DNA of 63,858 bases, filler included, from Hausera hauseri (Eukaryota): the NCBI GenBank assembly GCA_046269625.1. It is 12 parts of 12 records of this genome, joined end to end, with 100 filler letters (N's around TTAATTAATTAA, not from the genome) between each part and the next. Parts side by side here need not be neighbours in the genome. Positions count along the whole stretch, not along the records: positions 1 to 5,882 come from JBJURY010174861.1; positions 5,983 to 11,935 come from JBJURY010163976.1; positions 12,036 to 18,218 come from JBJURY010128539.1; 9 more parts are not named here. One strand, given 5' to 3'. This document shows, piece by piece, positions 1 through 13,288 of this stretch (positions are counted from its first letter, which is position 1; every line of letters begins with the position of its first letter). The notes beneath the pieces are model-generated. The model was not told the origin of the DNA and searched no databases. It saw only the letters and a list, made by a program, of their open reading frames with translations. Made by a program: the position numbers and the translations under genes.

Positions 1-1503
1 TGACTAATGATTTGAATAGGTTGGACTCAAATTGGGGGCCTTGATCTGTAATTATATATCTAGGAGAACCAAACCTACTGATCCAAGTACGAATGAATAC
101 GTCGGCTATTGTGTCCGTATTGGTACTCCGTAATGGGAAGCATTACGGCCGTATAGTATTCTGGTGAATGAGTTAGTCTCATGCAATACATGTTTACATC
201 CAAAACTACTGCAATTCCTAACTCGTTTATTAGCATCATCAATAACCGGAATGGAGGCTTTGCGAGAGCCGGATTACAAGAAATGCGTTGTCGACATGTT
301 CATTCATCTGTTTTGTGAAGGTGATGGTGTCATTTATAACTTCTGTTCGGCTCAACGAATTATGCAAATTTTTGTAGACGTTTTTTAAAAAACTTTGTTT
401 CAAAGGTGAAGATAATTATAAAACTACATTTGACAGGTGTATTCAAGTTTTATTTACAACTTTTAACAAGCCGGAATGGCCTGCAGCAAATTTTTTACTA
501 AACTGCATCGGCAACACCTTAATTCATTTGAATACTAATCAAACAGATCGCACAACTGCCATTGATTCCCTGGGTGTATTATGCTCTTCCCTTTGTCGTC
601 ATATTTTACTTGACGATTATAAATCGAAGTCCACCGATTCAATTGTTTGTAGTTTGCTGAATGTCATATCAAAATATTGTAAGCTTAAAGTTGAAAAATG
701 TGAAATGATTCAGACAATGACTTTGGGCGAAAAGGTTTATTTGCTAAAATATTTGGTGCTTAACTTCACGTTGGATTCATCAGATTCTACGTGCATATAC
801 GCACGGTTTTATTCCGTGGGTAGTTGGTTGCACGATTTTCTGGGCACAAATGTCGTTAAAAGTCAACATTCAAAGCAAGACAAATTTCCAGAATCAATTC
901 GTTCTTTGACAAATGCAGAAGAATGTTCCCTAATTCAGTCGCGTTTTTCTAAATGCTGTTGTTATATAACGAAATTAGCAAATCGTCAAGATTTACATTC
1001 AAACAATTCAAAGCGTTATGTGCCAAACATGTTGGGAACGTATGCGTGAATCTAATAAAAAACTGCAATGACAGACAAACCAGAGTACAGCAGTATACTA
1101 CACAGGAAATACAGCAGTACTTCGGAATCGGATTTCTCTGGTACGTCGTCTTATCTCATTGTTCATACTTTTGTTCTAAATAATGAAGCACCAGACGCTC
1201 AGGCCAGCTACTACAACTCAGGGATTTTGGGTGCGCCAGTGTTTTATACATTGCATTGCACACCCGACTTGCGTGACGATTTCGTCCCACTTGTCCTGTT
1301 ATTCAAAAATAAAAATACACAAGCATATTACATACACAAATCAACAACAATCGCAAAATTGTCAGACACGTTACGGAGACAAATAACTCGATAATTTTTG
1401 CCTAAGTTATAATGGATTTTTCTCCAACAATCCGACATTATAACTAGTTACACCCATTCATCTTCAATATCTATTCTCAAGATTTTGCCGACATTCCTAC
1501 TAT

Positions 1504-2509
1504 ATGTGTACTGTTAAATCCACGTCTACCCCGTCATATACTGTAAATCTACCTAGTGTAGAATACTTCGTTGACAAGCAACACTCCATCCGGACGTGGT
1601 TAGATTTTCATGCGGCTTGCTTGAAGTCAAATAATATTGTGGACTCGTTGCTTAAAGCAAACAGCTTGCTGATACTTCTACCTTTCAACATTAAGTCGCA
1701 ACTTTCCAATTTATTGGAAATTTTCCAAAACAGTGACCCATAAATAACACTTTTTTGCTCAGTACTAAAAATCACGGAACCATCTCTGGATAATATTATC
1801 CATAAATATTTTAATAACAACACAACAGGAAATCAAAACCCTCAGAATTTTTACAAACATCTTTAACCCAATTAAACAAGTTAGGAGTAAACCATACAAA
1901 CAATGCCGACTTATGCGCAGATATTTCCCTCAATCGTTACCAAAAGAAATACGCGCTTTAATAACCGTAGTTGATGATACCGCTACGTTAGGAAAGTTAA
2001 CATAACTGGCTGATAAAAGCTATGAAATACTAAATACACACCATACTGCTATTGTTGCAGCCGCATTACAATCACCTTTGGCACCGCCCAATGCTGAAAT
2101 ATTAGCGCTGAATAACCAAATAAATGCTCTCTGCGCTGAAAACACGGCAATACACCAAGCCATTTATTCTCTAACTTCTAAACTGTACAATTTATCAATG
2201 CTGTGACGAGATCGATTCACACCTAATTATAGCCGTGCCTCATTGCACAATTCTAGTTCCGCTAAGTCCCCTAATCAACCTATGGTGTGCTGTTATCACT
2301 CTAAATTCAAGAACCAATCCAGCAAATGTTGTTTGGTGTGCAAATTCTTTACACCAACTTTTCAAAAATCTGACATTGTTTTCATTTATCCTAATAGATT
2401 CAGCAATAAAGCCCAAAACTGCATCAACGGTTGCACGTTTTTCAGTCGACTTGACCAATTCCATCGTAATTCTCCCGACGCCCCAGATCCTACTATTCCA
2501 AAAAACTGA
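1504..2509 (+). pseudogene. gag: Gypsy gag, disrupted
   Basis: Capsid-like fragments 1504-1743 upstream of the protease, a C-terminal Cys/His motif, and an end at CCA AAA AAC TGA. Confidence 0.7.
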
Positions 2510-2548
2510 CAAAGCCGCCAGATGTTTCGGTACATTCTGGCACAGGCA
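2500..2548 (+). promoter_or_regulatory. Putative -1 ribosomal frameshift signal (gag-pol)
   Basis: A AAA AAC heptamer in the gag frame at 2500-2506, followed by hairpin GCCAGATGT-ttcggt-ACAtTCTGGC. Confidence 0.6.
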
Positions 2549-4626
2549 AACAACTTCATGCTAATAGCCGTACCTACGCTGTTTTCACATTAAAAGCCTC
2601 CTTAACATCCAAATCCAATCAACCAATCAACTTTCTCATTGACTCAGGGGCTGCTGTTTCCTTGTTACCACCATCCATCAAAACATCATCCATCTCACCA
2701 TCTAACACTAAATTATACACAGCTAATGGCCAAGCTTTACGCATTTTCGGCACATCCAAAGTTTCATTCACTTTACCATAATTCGCTGACATTTTCAATT
2801 GGACATTCATCGCTGACAACACACAATCTCCAATACTTGGGTCTGTTTTCTTATCCTTCTACAACCTCCTTGTAGATTGTAGACAACGTTAGATCATTAA
2901 AAGCAGTTCAACAAAGCCGACCCCTACAAATAAGCAACCGATCATGCATCCTATCTCAGCTATAAAATCAATATTGAAGAAACCATTAATCAATGTGAAT
3001 AAAAACCTTACTGATAAAACCAATATAAATAATCTTACTTTTCTGTTGAAGTCCGATTTAGGCGGCCCGATTTCTACCATTTCTCACACTAAATCCAATC
3101 AAACTTTTACTGCGCTTAGCCAAGAAATGAAAGAATATTTAGTCAAGTCCATACCCAGCATTTCGACCGGCTAACATGACGTTTCATCATATCATCACAG
3201 AAAATCTTCGACCCGTTATACAGAAACTCCGCCCACTTTCACCGCGTCGTCGACGGGCAGTCCAAGCGAAATTCTCTGCACTCGAGCAAGCTGGAATAAT
3301 AAAACGGTCAAAATCACTGTGGGCGTCACCACTTCAAGTCGTCCCGAAAAAGATTGCACATTCCGTCCATGCGGCGATTATCGCCAACTAAATAACGTCA
3401 CTACCATGGACGCTTATCCTCTACCTTTAATTAAGGATATATTACATTCATTACACAAGCCAACAATCTATTCGATAAAAGATCTCGAAAAAGCCTACCA
3501 CGAAATACCGGTAGCACCAGAAGACATCCCAAAAACGGCCATTATAACTCCTTTTGGTCTTTTCGAATATGCATTCATGCCGTTCGGTTTATAGAACGCA
3601 GCACAAACTTTTTAACGGCACATTGATTTAGTTCATTCATGCTTGCCATTTGTATATTCATACATTGATAACATACTAGTCGCATCGGCATCGCCCAAAA
3701 AACATGAAGAACATCTCAAACTAGTTTTCCAACGCTTGCACAACTACAATTAGCAAGTAAAATTTTCTAAATGTTTTTTCTTCCAGAAAAAGGTAAATTT
3801 CCTTGGCCACGTCATCACACCTGACGGTCACAGTCCACAGCCTGATAGAATCCATTAGATACGAAATATCGAGCTACCCAAAACCACTACTGACATGCGT
3901 AGTTTTCTTGAGACTTTACATTTTGTACATAAATACGTCCCACATTGTAGCCAGTTAACTGCGCCTTTCGCTCAATTAGAAGCACGGCCAAAGAAAAAGC
4001 TCATATATTGGACACCAAAACTTGTTAACCAGTTTGATGAACTCCACGACAAGCTTAAAACAGTCGAAATTTTAGCTTACCCAAAATTTGATGCTGACCT
4101 AATTTTAACAACCGACGCATCAACTACAGCAGTAAGAGCGGTTCTTCATCAAATATCTCAAAGTATAAATGAACCGTTAGAATTCTTTTAACGCAAGCTG
4201 CAGCCACAAGAACGCCGTTATTCTACCTTCGATAGAGACCTCCTGGCCATTGTTTCAGCACTGAAACATTTTTCACATTTGCTTATCGCTTGTTCCTTCA
4301 CTATCCAAACGGACGACAAACCTCTCGTTTACGTAATGAGCATGAAACAACCATCACTGCGACAAGAAGGCCATATATCATATCTTTCAACATTCAGCTT
4401 TAAAATTCGCCATATTTTTGGCACAGACAATTTAATAGCCGATTTCTTATCACGGTCAGTTGGAGCAATTAGCGTCACACCAATTTTCTCAAAGGACAAA
4501 TTAATCCAAAATCCGCCTTCCAATGAAATTCTGAAACAATACAAATCAGTGCAAATCATCGATGGAATAGCCATGGATACTTCGACACTTGGACAACATT
4601 TGCCAATTTTGGCACCTCCTCTCTAT
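2510..4626 (+). pseudogene. pol: Gypsy pol (PR-RT-RNase H), disrupted
   Basis: ORF pieces 3176-3391, 3319-3594, 3895-4191 and 4279-4626 carry RT and RNase H motifs. Confidence 0.9.
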
Positions 4627-4627
4627 A

Positions 4628-4881
4628 ATTGTTTTATAGGCCCTCGAATTCTTAGGAAGTACCAAAAAAATAATATATCCCAGTTGATCAAGGAAAATAG
4701 ACAAATCGCTAATATCATAAGTAATTACCCTCAGATCTGAACATTCCTCGGGTAACTTCAGAGGTTCTTCAAATATTTTGATAATTCTTTCTAAACATTG
4801 ATTGACGTTATCATAATCATCCCAACTATGAGGATCGATGTCTTTAGCAAATGTTCGCAGTAATAAATCAGCACAGTACAT
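4628..4881 (-). pseudogene. ERH: Enhancer of rudimentary homolog-like, divergent and 3'-truncated
   Basis: DDYDNVNQCLERIIKIFEEPLK...ITYDISDLSIFLDQLGYIIFLV matches the ERH pattern [22 protein letters not shown]...ITYDISQLFDFIDDLADLSCLV. The C-terminal helix is replaced by antisense Gypsy pol. Confidence 0.75.
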
Positions 4882-5439
4882 GAATAAATAAACAATGCGA
4901 TTTAAGTTGAAACGTAGAGCTGAACGGCAAGTAAATAGCATGTTTTCGTAAAACCCAACAAAATTGTTCTATCACCGATATCAATTAAATGAAATACTAA
5001 TTACCAAATTAATTCAAATCGTTGAGAAGAAACTGAAATTGAAACGAAGTTTTTGCACAATATGATAGAAAATTTTTTTCAAAAGGTGTAAATAAATTTA
5101 TTGAAATAATAAAACAAATTTTTTAATACACGTATGTACATGGGTTTCAGAAAAGCAAACCAAACGTCTAAGTCTAAAGAAATACAAATTGAAAATGATT
5201 CAAGATAGGCTACATGTAGTAAAAATACAATGAAAATAAAAGGAAAACCAATTCGTGAGAAGAGCATCCGAAAATTGTGAATGAGGATCGGCGTTGGAGA
5301 GGATAATTAGTACTGTACACAGACTCAATAAATAAGAAAAATTTTCAACTAAATTGTAAAAGAAACTGATTTTAAAATGTTGCTGTCCAATCATATCAAG
5401 GAACAAGGTTATTCCGTGAAACGTCAAAATTTAATGTTG

Positions 5440-5882
5440 CGCAATTCTGCCCCATCTTTCTTCCGTAAGTGCACTTGTTGGTGTCATTTTAAATGCCATG
5501 AGTCATAGAATTTCGTTATCGCGATTTGTCTGACTCGATTTCAAATAGGTAATTAATAACTCCATAAATAAATTCGTATTGACACATGCACTTCGTTTTC
5601 CGAACAAAGTATAATATTTTTCCGCCAATTTGAAATCATGAACTTTATGAACAATAATGTTTAGTGCAGACTGATGATCTGACATCTGGTCCAGAATAAA
5701 TGCTTCTTCAATTAGCAGCGGAACAGGAAATTTTCGAACTTGAGACAATGTGTTTACAGCCTGATATTCTCCCGAAGCATAAAGAAATTCTTGAAATTTC
5801 TCTAGTTAGCAAAACGTTCTTTATCATCCTTACTATCTTTGAGTTTCCTCAAAAATATATTGGCCAAATGATCGTGTTGTGA
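5440..5882 (-). pseudogene. Vps39/TGFBRAP1-like clathrin-repeat region fragment
   Basis: HDHLANIFL...EEAFILDQMSDHQSALNIIVHKVHDFKLAEKYY resembles the Vps39/TGFBRAP1 motif E.AIL.G....HE.AL.I.VH.L.DF..AE.YC. In-frame stops are present. Confidence 0.6.
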
Positions 5883-5982
5883 NNNNNNNNNNNNNNNNNN
5901 NNNNNNNNNNNNNNNNNNNNNNNNNNTTAATTAATTAANNNNNNNNNNNNNNNNNNNNNNNNNNNNNNNNNNNNNNNNNNNN
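5883..5982. other. Artificial contig spacer (first of 11)
   Basis: 44N + TTAATTAATTAA (stops in all six frames) + 44N. Repeated identically at 11936, 18219, 22980, 27415, 33018, 38819, 42873, 47206, 55044 and 59595. Confidence 0.98.
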
Positions 5983-6013
5983 CACACAAACACACACACA
6001 CACACACACACAC
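5983..6013. repeat. (CA)n microsatellite
   Basis: CA run at the contig start. Confidence 0.95.
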
Positions 6014-9000
6014 AGCAGCAAGACTTGTAGATTTGTGTCTTCAGTAAGTGTGCACATTATGTAAAATAAAAACATGAATATAATGATAAACAAATATAAT
6101 CTCATCTTTATCTCATGATGGTGCTTTTATATGAGCTGTGTTCACTTCTACCTTTAAACAGGTAGATTTAAAGAGATGACCTCAGCAGTGTGACACATGA
6201 TGAACTCTGTGGTCAAGTTTATTTTACAGATGTGTTGTTTCTCCCAGCAGAGCTCAGAGCAGAGAGAAAAGCAGAGAAAAGAAGGAGTGGGGCTGAGCTC
6301 CGGCTGCTGTGAGCTGCAACACGGACGGTCCAAAAAGAAACAGGGCCCACATCTATCCATTCAGCTTGAGTGGAATAGGCTATAGAATATTAATTATAGG
6401 AAATACAACTGACTATTTGAAACTACGAACTGGGCAAAGGACTGAGTGTTGATTGCATGGAAATTAATCAGTGGTATAGAATACCCTATTAGGAACTGTT
6501 ACTCATGATTATCATTACTCATTAACGTATACAGGAGACACAGTGACACAGCAAACTAATAGGTTAGGGGAAACATATTTAAGATGGGATTGAAGGAAAA
6601 CAGAAGCAAGTTTTGTAAGGTAATACTTATTCCCTGTCAAAAGTATGGTAGTATAGTGATGGAATTATTTTGTTATTGGGAGACCTCTGCAGTCTGGAAC
6701 ATAAAGCTACAATTATAATTTGTCAAAATTGACCGTCACAGTGAATGGGATTTAATAAAACAAATTAATTGATTACAGGTAAAATACAATAACTCAAATA
6801 ATCGCAATATTATTCACTAACAGGTGGATCTGTTGGCCATGATAGAGTTGCATATGGCAACGTTGGCACTAGAGGAGGAGTGCCTATGAAGCTGCTGACT
6901 GGTGACCTTGTGACCTCACAGCATGTCAACATGGAGAACCAAACTCATCTCCACAGCAGAAACCTGCGTGGACCTTGAAGCAAAGGCACAACGCCCGCTC
7001 AAGGAACGACGCTCAGGCCAGCAACAACAGCGGCCGAGTGCTGGAAACGGTCTCCACTGGTTGGCAACAGCCTTGGACGAAAGGAGAGCAGCACAGGAAG
7101 CATCGTGCAACCAAGGCCAACAGACCTTAAATAAGTCTTCATCAACACCCTCTGAACTTCTTGAACTTAATCTTGCAATCTGAAAGTTAAATTTCATAAA
7201 TTATGAAATTGAGCATTCAAATGATAAAAATAATTTTTGAAAAGACATTGAATCAATTAAACTGGACTTAAATGCTATTTTTATTCTAATACAATTTTTT
7301 CTCAATTCCAGTTCAAGGTTTGCTGATTAACACCTCGTCTAAATTGTTTCTAAGCTGAACTATAATATTCTATCAAATAATGATGGTAAGAAGTTCTCCC
7401 ATGACAGAATAATTCATAACACTATGCACTGCTAAATAGGAGACAGATATTGTCTTTAAGAGTGGAAGGAAAATGAATGGAGAAATAAATGGATAAGTAA
7501 AGGATTCAGATAATTAAAAGCTCAAGTGAACCTGACGAGGATAGGTGTGACGTTCCTATCCTAGAGACCAGGATTACTTTCAAGGGGGGTCAGCAGGTTA
7601 GAGGTTAGAACAACACATATTTAGTTCTGAGGAATGGGTCATAATACTGCTTTGCATTAAACAGCTGATGTCAAAAAAGAAAACCAAGAGTACAAACCGA
7701 ACTAAATTCAGTCTTCAATATGGCAATATAGTATAAACGTCATGCACAAGACGATGCTAAGAGATTTGAATGAGAAATTGTCTTGGAAACTCATACATTG
7801 TGACCTCTGCAGTAGGTGTTTCGTTGTACCTTTACAAACGAAACTTGTACAGTCAGAATGTAAACTTCATTTTTTCTCTCTGTATTTTTATTTAAACTCA
7901 TGTTGAGGATTTGAAATTTTACACTAGGGTTAAAGTATCATTGGGTTCTGTTTGATTGGTCATCGATTTATTTCGGTATTTCTAAGACTGTGGATAAGAA
8001 TAAGTTTATTTTGGCATCAATCTGACTTGTTATATTTGTCAAACTCAACACATGCCCTTAGCAATACGTTATGGAAGAAGAGATGTTTCATATTCTGACC
8101 AGGACCACAGATTCAGCCTTAGTATAACAGAGTAAAGACAGGACCACGGTTTGATTGCATACCTTGTCTAATTAAAAGCACTAATTGTTTCTGCTTTTAG
8201 ATCTGTCTTTCCGGAAGCTGAAAACCTGTCCTATTCTAACCACCTTCTTCTGATGGAAGACACCTAAATATCTCCAACACAGGAGGAGTGAAACCTGGAG
8301 AGATGGTGTGAACTATAGGTGGACATATGGCGAATGTTGATTCTTGATTAGGTATTCGGAACTTCAGGTAACCGGAACCCGTCTCTCTTGATTAATTAAA
8401 TTGACAATTTCCTTTCCACAGTGGGAAGTCACGGTCATAGGGGGGTAATTCACAATTTGAATTTATAACTGATCATTATATAAGCACTCTGTGGTAGATA
8501 TAACTCACATGCTAGTGTGAATAGTTAATCTTTACAGCCCTGAATTGACCTATAGGTTATCCAGCCTATCTGACCAAGCAATGCCTTAACATAGACACAC
8601 ACGAATTTAGATGTTCTTGAATCTTTATGTTTGGCAGACGAAAATCTGGCATCTGTGAGTGTGGATGGGAGTCTTCCAGAAGAGAAGGGGATTTCTGATT
8701 CTATTGCTATTCACTTTTACTTTTTCCTTACTCTTTCTCTTGCATGAAAACCTGGTCATTAAAATTATATGATCCTAACCATAATTCAATTCCATTTAAT
8801 GTATATTCCCATTAGAACTATGTTTCGGACGTATGATCAGGTAGAGCGGATTTGCCAGGAAAATGGCTGAATCTGGATACTGGCTGAGTGAACTACACGA
8901 ACGATGTCCTTTGAGTTGAAACCTGATAATTTGTAATTGTTACATCCATTATGAAATGTTCTTTAAGGTTCTGAATGTTACTGGGACATTGATTTGGGAG

Positions 9001-10116
9001 TTATTTTGTTGATGTCTTTCTTTTGTTATTTTACGTCTCGAGTGGAGTCGTGGTTCTTGGACAACCTCGTGGACTGTGAACGAGTGGACTGTGATAACTG
9101 GGGGACTGACACCATTAGAATGCAAAGGTGATGTCATTATTACGCAACTACATGGATAATTTGATGCTGGAATGACGTGTTCGGATCAGCCGCACTGGCT
9201 ATTATATGACCTGCCTTTCTTTTCTTTTTTATCAAATTTCTTTATTGTATTGTCAAAATGTTTTGTTCAATTCTGGTTGCAATGTCCTTCCCTGAGTGAT
9301 ATTGGGAAGGCTAGCTTATTTGGTTATTATTTGTCTGTGTGTTGTTTGTCTGTGAAATACGAATACGCCTCTCTGTGTTCACATGGGGTGTTATTATGTG
9401 AGTATGGACTGAAGTGACTGTGTAGAGGAGGATATGTAGAGATCGGTAATAATATAGTATGTAAAATATGTTAAATGAAAAGTACATGGAAGATCACATG
9501 TGAGTTATTAATGGGACTTTAGAATCCAATAATAGATGCATCAAGTGTTTCTCCGTATAAATAATGAAGACTTTCTTAGTGGAGCATAGAGTATTATAAG
9601 ATACTGCTCAGTATTTTCTGTCTTCTCAGGACGACCCAGAGAGATGGCCGGTTCAGGGACCCTTACTGTGTTGGACTCAGAGACTCATGGACATGGAGAC
9701 TGGTTGGGGACCCTGAACCTGGACAGTGAGAAGGCAGAGTAATAAAATCAAAGGAACATCAACCTGGAACAACTGTTTCCTTCTGCGACCGAGGACAGGA
9801 TCTGTGCTACACAACGCTACACTGCATCGCTGCTGAGGCTCATTTTAGTGTTATAATTCAAGCCTTACTTCTACTTTGTTCAACCTGTGCCAATATGTCC
9901 TATGATGATGCCTGGATAAAAATCATTGCGGGTACCATGGTCATCTGTTTCATTGGTGCCTGAGGGCGGTTGCCTAGGGGGGAACCATAGGATAATTTTT
10001 CCCTCTAATAAGATTGTCAGAGGTTTTTCGATCCTATACCAAGGGAACCTATGACTATGGGAGAGCAATGCACTACGAATAATTAGAAAATAAGTGTACT
10101 TATTTTAGGGGGGATA

Positions 10117-10788
10117 TGTAGAGATAAATAATTATACTAATAGTTAAAAGTCATGTTAATGGGTGATTCACATTAAGATATGTTTTGATCGAAAAAGGAA
10201 TGTACTGTGTCAAATGTACTGGGTCAATCTGACCTAGAAGTCAGGAAAGAATTCAGATTGGAGACGTGGAGTAAGTAATCACCAAAGAAGCAAAAGTCGA
10301 CTGTTGTGTAAGGAATCTTGGCAAAAGTCTTTTCCTGCTACGTGCAGAGCACAAATGAATTACCATTTCCCAGAAATCCAGTCCGAGAACTTACGGGAAA
10401 GGATGTCTGTTCGGCCGAGATAATATCAACAATTCTGAAACGGAGGCAGATGTTAAAAGTACGTAAGGTCCAACTAGTCCAGAGGTTACCCAACACACAT
10501 CCAGTGTAGAACGGAGCCAGAATTACTACGCAAGCGAGGTCCAGCAACGCCATTGGTCAAAGATTCCCAATACACAACAGTGGAGCTGGAACTGTATAAA
10601 AACTTGATGTCAGAAGGAAGAGACGAGACATTTTGGATTCTGAGACGATGAATATGAGACGATGAAATGTAATGTGTGAATCCGCAGATGTGCATTAAAT
10701 GTCTTCCTGGTTGTCAGTGAGCCGGAGAGAATGGAGTTTGTGTATCGTTTCTTATTTCCTGAGTTTAGCACCTTTAAATTCCTCAACA
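10117..10788 (+). mobile_element. LTR (TGTAGAG...CTCAACA)
   Basis: TG...CA ends with a near-inverted 7-mer. Purine tract AGGGGGGA lies just upstream and a PBS 2 nt downstream. Confidence 0.65.
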
Positions 10789-10790
10789 AA

Positions 10791-10807
10791 TGGTGAACCC
10801 CGACGTG
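10791..10807 (+). promoter_or_regulatory. Primer-binding site, tRNA-Trp-like
   Basis: TGGTGAACCCCGACGTG versus the common Gypsy PBS TGGTGACCCCGACGTG. Confidence 0.7.
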
Positions 10808-11255
10808 CCAATTGAGCCGATTTAAGTTAAAGAGGATGGAAAGGTGACTCTCTCCAGACTGGCTGCAAAACGGGGAACTGGGCCAAACACACAAGAGGTA
10901 AGAATTTCTCTTATCTCTTACTTATTAAATTGTAGAACGGTTTCCTGTCTGCTGCCGGTTTGAAGAGCTAAAAAGAAATGAAGTTCTTTCCTGCTTATTG
11001 ACAAACAGTACCTTGCGCAAGGTGGGGTTGTAATAAAACATTAGATTCATAGTTATCTAGTACATTTTGGAAAAATAAACAACCCTTAAAAATAAGCACC
11101 TTAGTCAGTCTGGCAAAGCCCGTTTGGCGATGGTAACATTTAGGAATTTTAATTCCGCATTATAAGTTACCACATATCAGCAAGCCTGGTGTAGCTTCTG
11201 AGCAGGCACTTTCGCGAGCTGACTAATTAATAACATATCACGATTTGTTAAATAC

Positions 11256-11321
11256 GGCAGGAGGCCGTGAGTTAAGGCAAGAGGCCATGAGTTCAAAAGT
11301 ACGGCAAGAGGCCGTGAGTTT
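11256..11321 (+). repeat. Three short direct repeats in the LTR-element leader
   Basis: GGCA(G/A)GAGGCC(G/A)TGAGTT occurs three times. Confidence 0.8.
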
Positions 11322-12991
11322 AATATTATGCCAACTGAATCTGCGAAGAGAGATTGCGATCTCTGTGAAGAAGCGCTATAGAAATAAAGAATAGAGAATG
11401 ACAGTTCTGTGAAACTACCGAGTTTTCTGTGAAAAGCGGTTCAGTTTTCCTTAGCGGAGGAACGTGTCTTTCTACAATGATATATGTGGCCACATGAGAA
11501 AAAAAGAGAAAAGAAATTCAAGTGAAGAAAATAAATAAGTTGTGTTAAAACTGCAGTAATTGTTTTTCTCTTTGTCTGAGATTTTTTGGTGAGGAGTTTA
11601 AAGTGATGTTGTCAGCCTTGGCTAAAATAACTGAACTGTGTGCACACATTAAAATTGGATGGTGGCTACTTAAATCTATAGCCAACTAAATTTTATATAT
11701 ACATATATATTTTATATATAAATAAATATATTAGTCAGTATAGTTATATTATCTAGGATCCCCGGGGAGGAGGAGAAGAAGATAGGAAAATAATAGAGTT
11801 AGAAAAGCAAACGGAATCGTTGTTGCTGTAATGAATGTTGAATGTATGTTGTCTGTCTGTAAGTATTTAATCGGCATGCCTGTATATACTGTAAAATTCT
11901 GAAATGTGCATGTTTTTGGTTATTAAATAACTTGANNNNNNNNNNNNNNNNNNNNNNNNNNNNNNNNNNNNNNNNNNNNTTAATTAATTAANNNNNNNNN
12001 NNNNNNNNNNNNNNNNNNNNNNNNNNNNNNNNNNNGGTAATAACAGAAAAAGATAAAAATAGAGTTAGAAAAATTAATCAAGAAGGTTTTATATGTATAA
12101 ATTTCTTACCTACAGATTGCCTTTTGAGTCCTGGACAACAAAAAAAGACCAGCTCTACGAAATAAAAATAAACCCGCTTCTGACGGGTAAGCTTATAATC
12201 TCTTAAAATAAATATTCGTTAGTATTGTATAATCCTTATATGGAATTATTTGTATCTAAATTCCAGGATTTAGGTTGGTAGAGAATCTACAGTCTTTTCA
12301 TAGTCCAGCAACAAATTATCAATCTTCAAATTGAGCAAAAACCAAGACATAGTCCTTACAGATTAAGACAGATAGTTGTAGTAAGAAGAGTTAAAAGATT
12401 AGAGAGAAAGAGTCTGTTCTATAGTCCTTATATAAGGTAATTCCGTCAGTGTTTTATATTACGCCGTCACCCACAATCTTGTCATCGTCCTCACCTCCGA
12501 CTCCGAATTTAAATTCGCATTATCAAGCTAAGTTATAGGTCATTCGTAGCAAACATATCAGCGATTAGGAAATTAAGATCCATAATTAGAAATTTGTATT
12601 TATTTAAATTTCAATTAATCAATATCTATATATGTTAATCACCGTTTATTTATTGTATAATCTTTAGTATTTGTCGTGCTCACGGTTGCATGGGCCCGTG
12701 TTGCCGTGAGTGTGACTAGTAGGTTAACGAAATTGTATAAAAATAAAAAAAAAAAATCGTCATAGTCATAGGTTGTATCAAAATCCGCTTTCTAAATTTT
12801 TGTATTTTTATAACAGTAGCTTAGAGGTGTTTAGTTAATAAACATTGTACATACTAATAGTCTCTTCTTAACCAAGCAAGGATTCTGAGATACGTACCTG
12901 AATTAATTTCCCCCCCTTTATTTTTATCAATCAATTCTCTTACTTACTTCTCCCTTTGCCTTTAAAAACCTTCTCCCCGCGACATAATATT

Positions 12992-13009
12992 TGGCGACCT
13001 TGCCAGGAT
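12992..13009 (+). promoter_or_regulatory. Primer-binding site, tRNA-Arg-like
   Basis: TGGCGACCTTGCCAGGAT, about 300 nt upstream of the gag ATG. Confidence 0.7.
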
Positions 13010-13288
13010 CCTTGCATTGGTTGTTGAGGCGGACATTGGTGGTGGAAAAACATATATCTGTTGTAGTAATTTAAGCTTTATAGTAATTTAGTAGTCCCAA
13101 AAGGACTTTGATACTAAGTACAGGTGGTGGTATTTAAGTAGTAATTTAAGTTGTTGAATTCAGTAGTAAGTTAAGCCTATTTAATAAATTAAGAAATTTA
13201 ATAGTAAATTAATTAAGTAGTAATTTAATTAGTAATCTAAGTAGTTGTGTCATTTATTCTTTACTGATTTAAAAAAAAAAAAAAATAT

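Larger units (their letters stand above)
1412..4626 (+). mobile_element. Degenerate Ty3/Gypsy LTR retrotransposon (CsRn1-like), truncated before the integrase core
   Basis: Gag with CHCC-type motif (CCYHSKF...KC), protease LIDSGA, RT WASPL..VPKK/FRPCGDYRQLN, TAIITPFGLFEY..MPFGL, YIDN, RNase H LTTDAS..TDDKPL..N.IADFLSR. Many stops and frameshifts. Confidence 0.9.

Noticed and set aside
164-1394. Three consecutive ORFs at the window start
   Set aside because: Possibly a decayed or spliced host gene, but no family could be recognised.
4279-4941. Overlapping sense/antisense ORF pair
   Set aside because: Each ORF simply reads through the Gypsy/ERH breakpoint into the other's antisense strand.
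5927-5938. Recurrent TTAATTAATTAA palindrome
   Set aside because: Always centred in a 100-nt N block, so it is a concatenation linker. ORFs running into X residues are artefacts.
6154-10068. Short ORFs in contig 2
   Set aside because: Under 100 aa, no motifs, present on both strands; consistent with non-coding DNA.
11256-11321. Spaced short repeats as a CRISPR-like array
   Set aside because: Only three 18-nt units with 2-10 nt gaps, in a eukaryotic LTR-leader context, with no cas genes.
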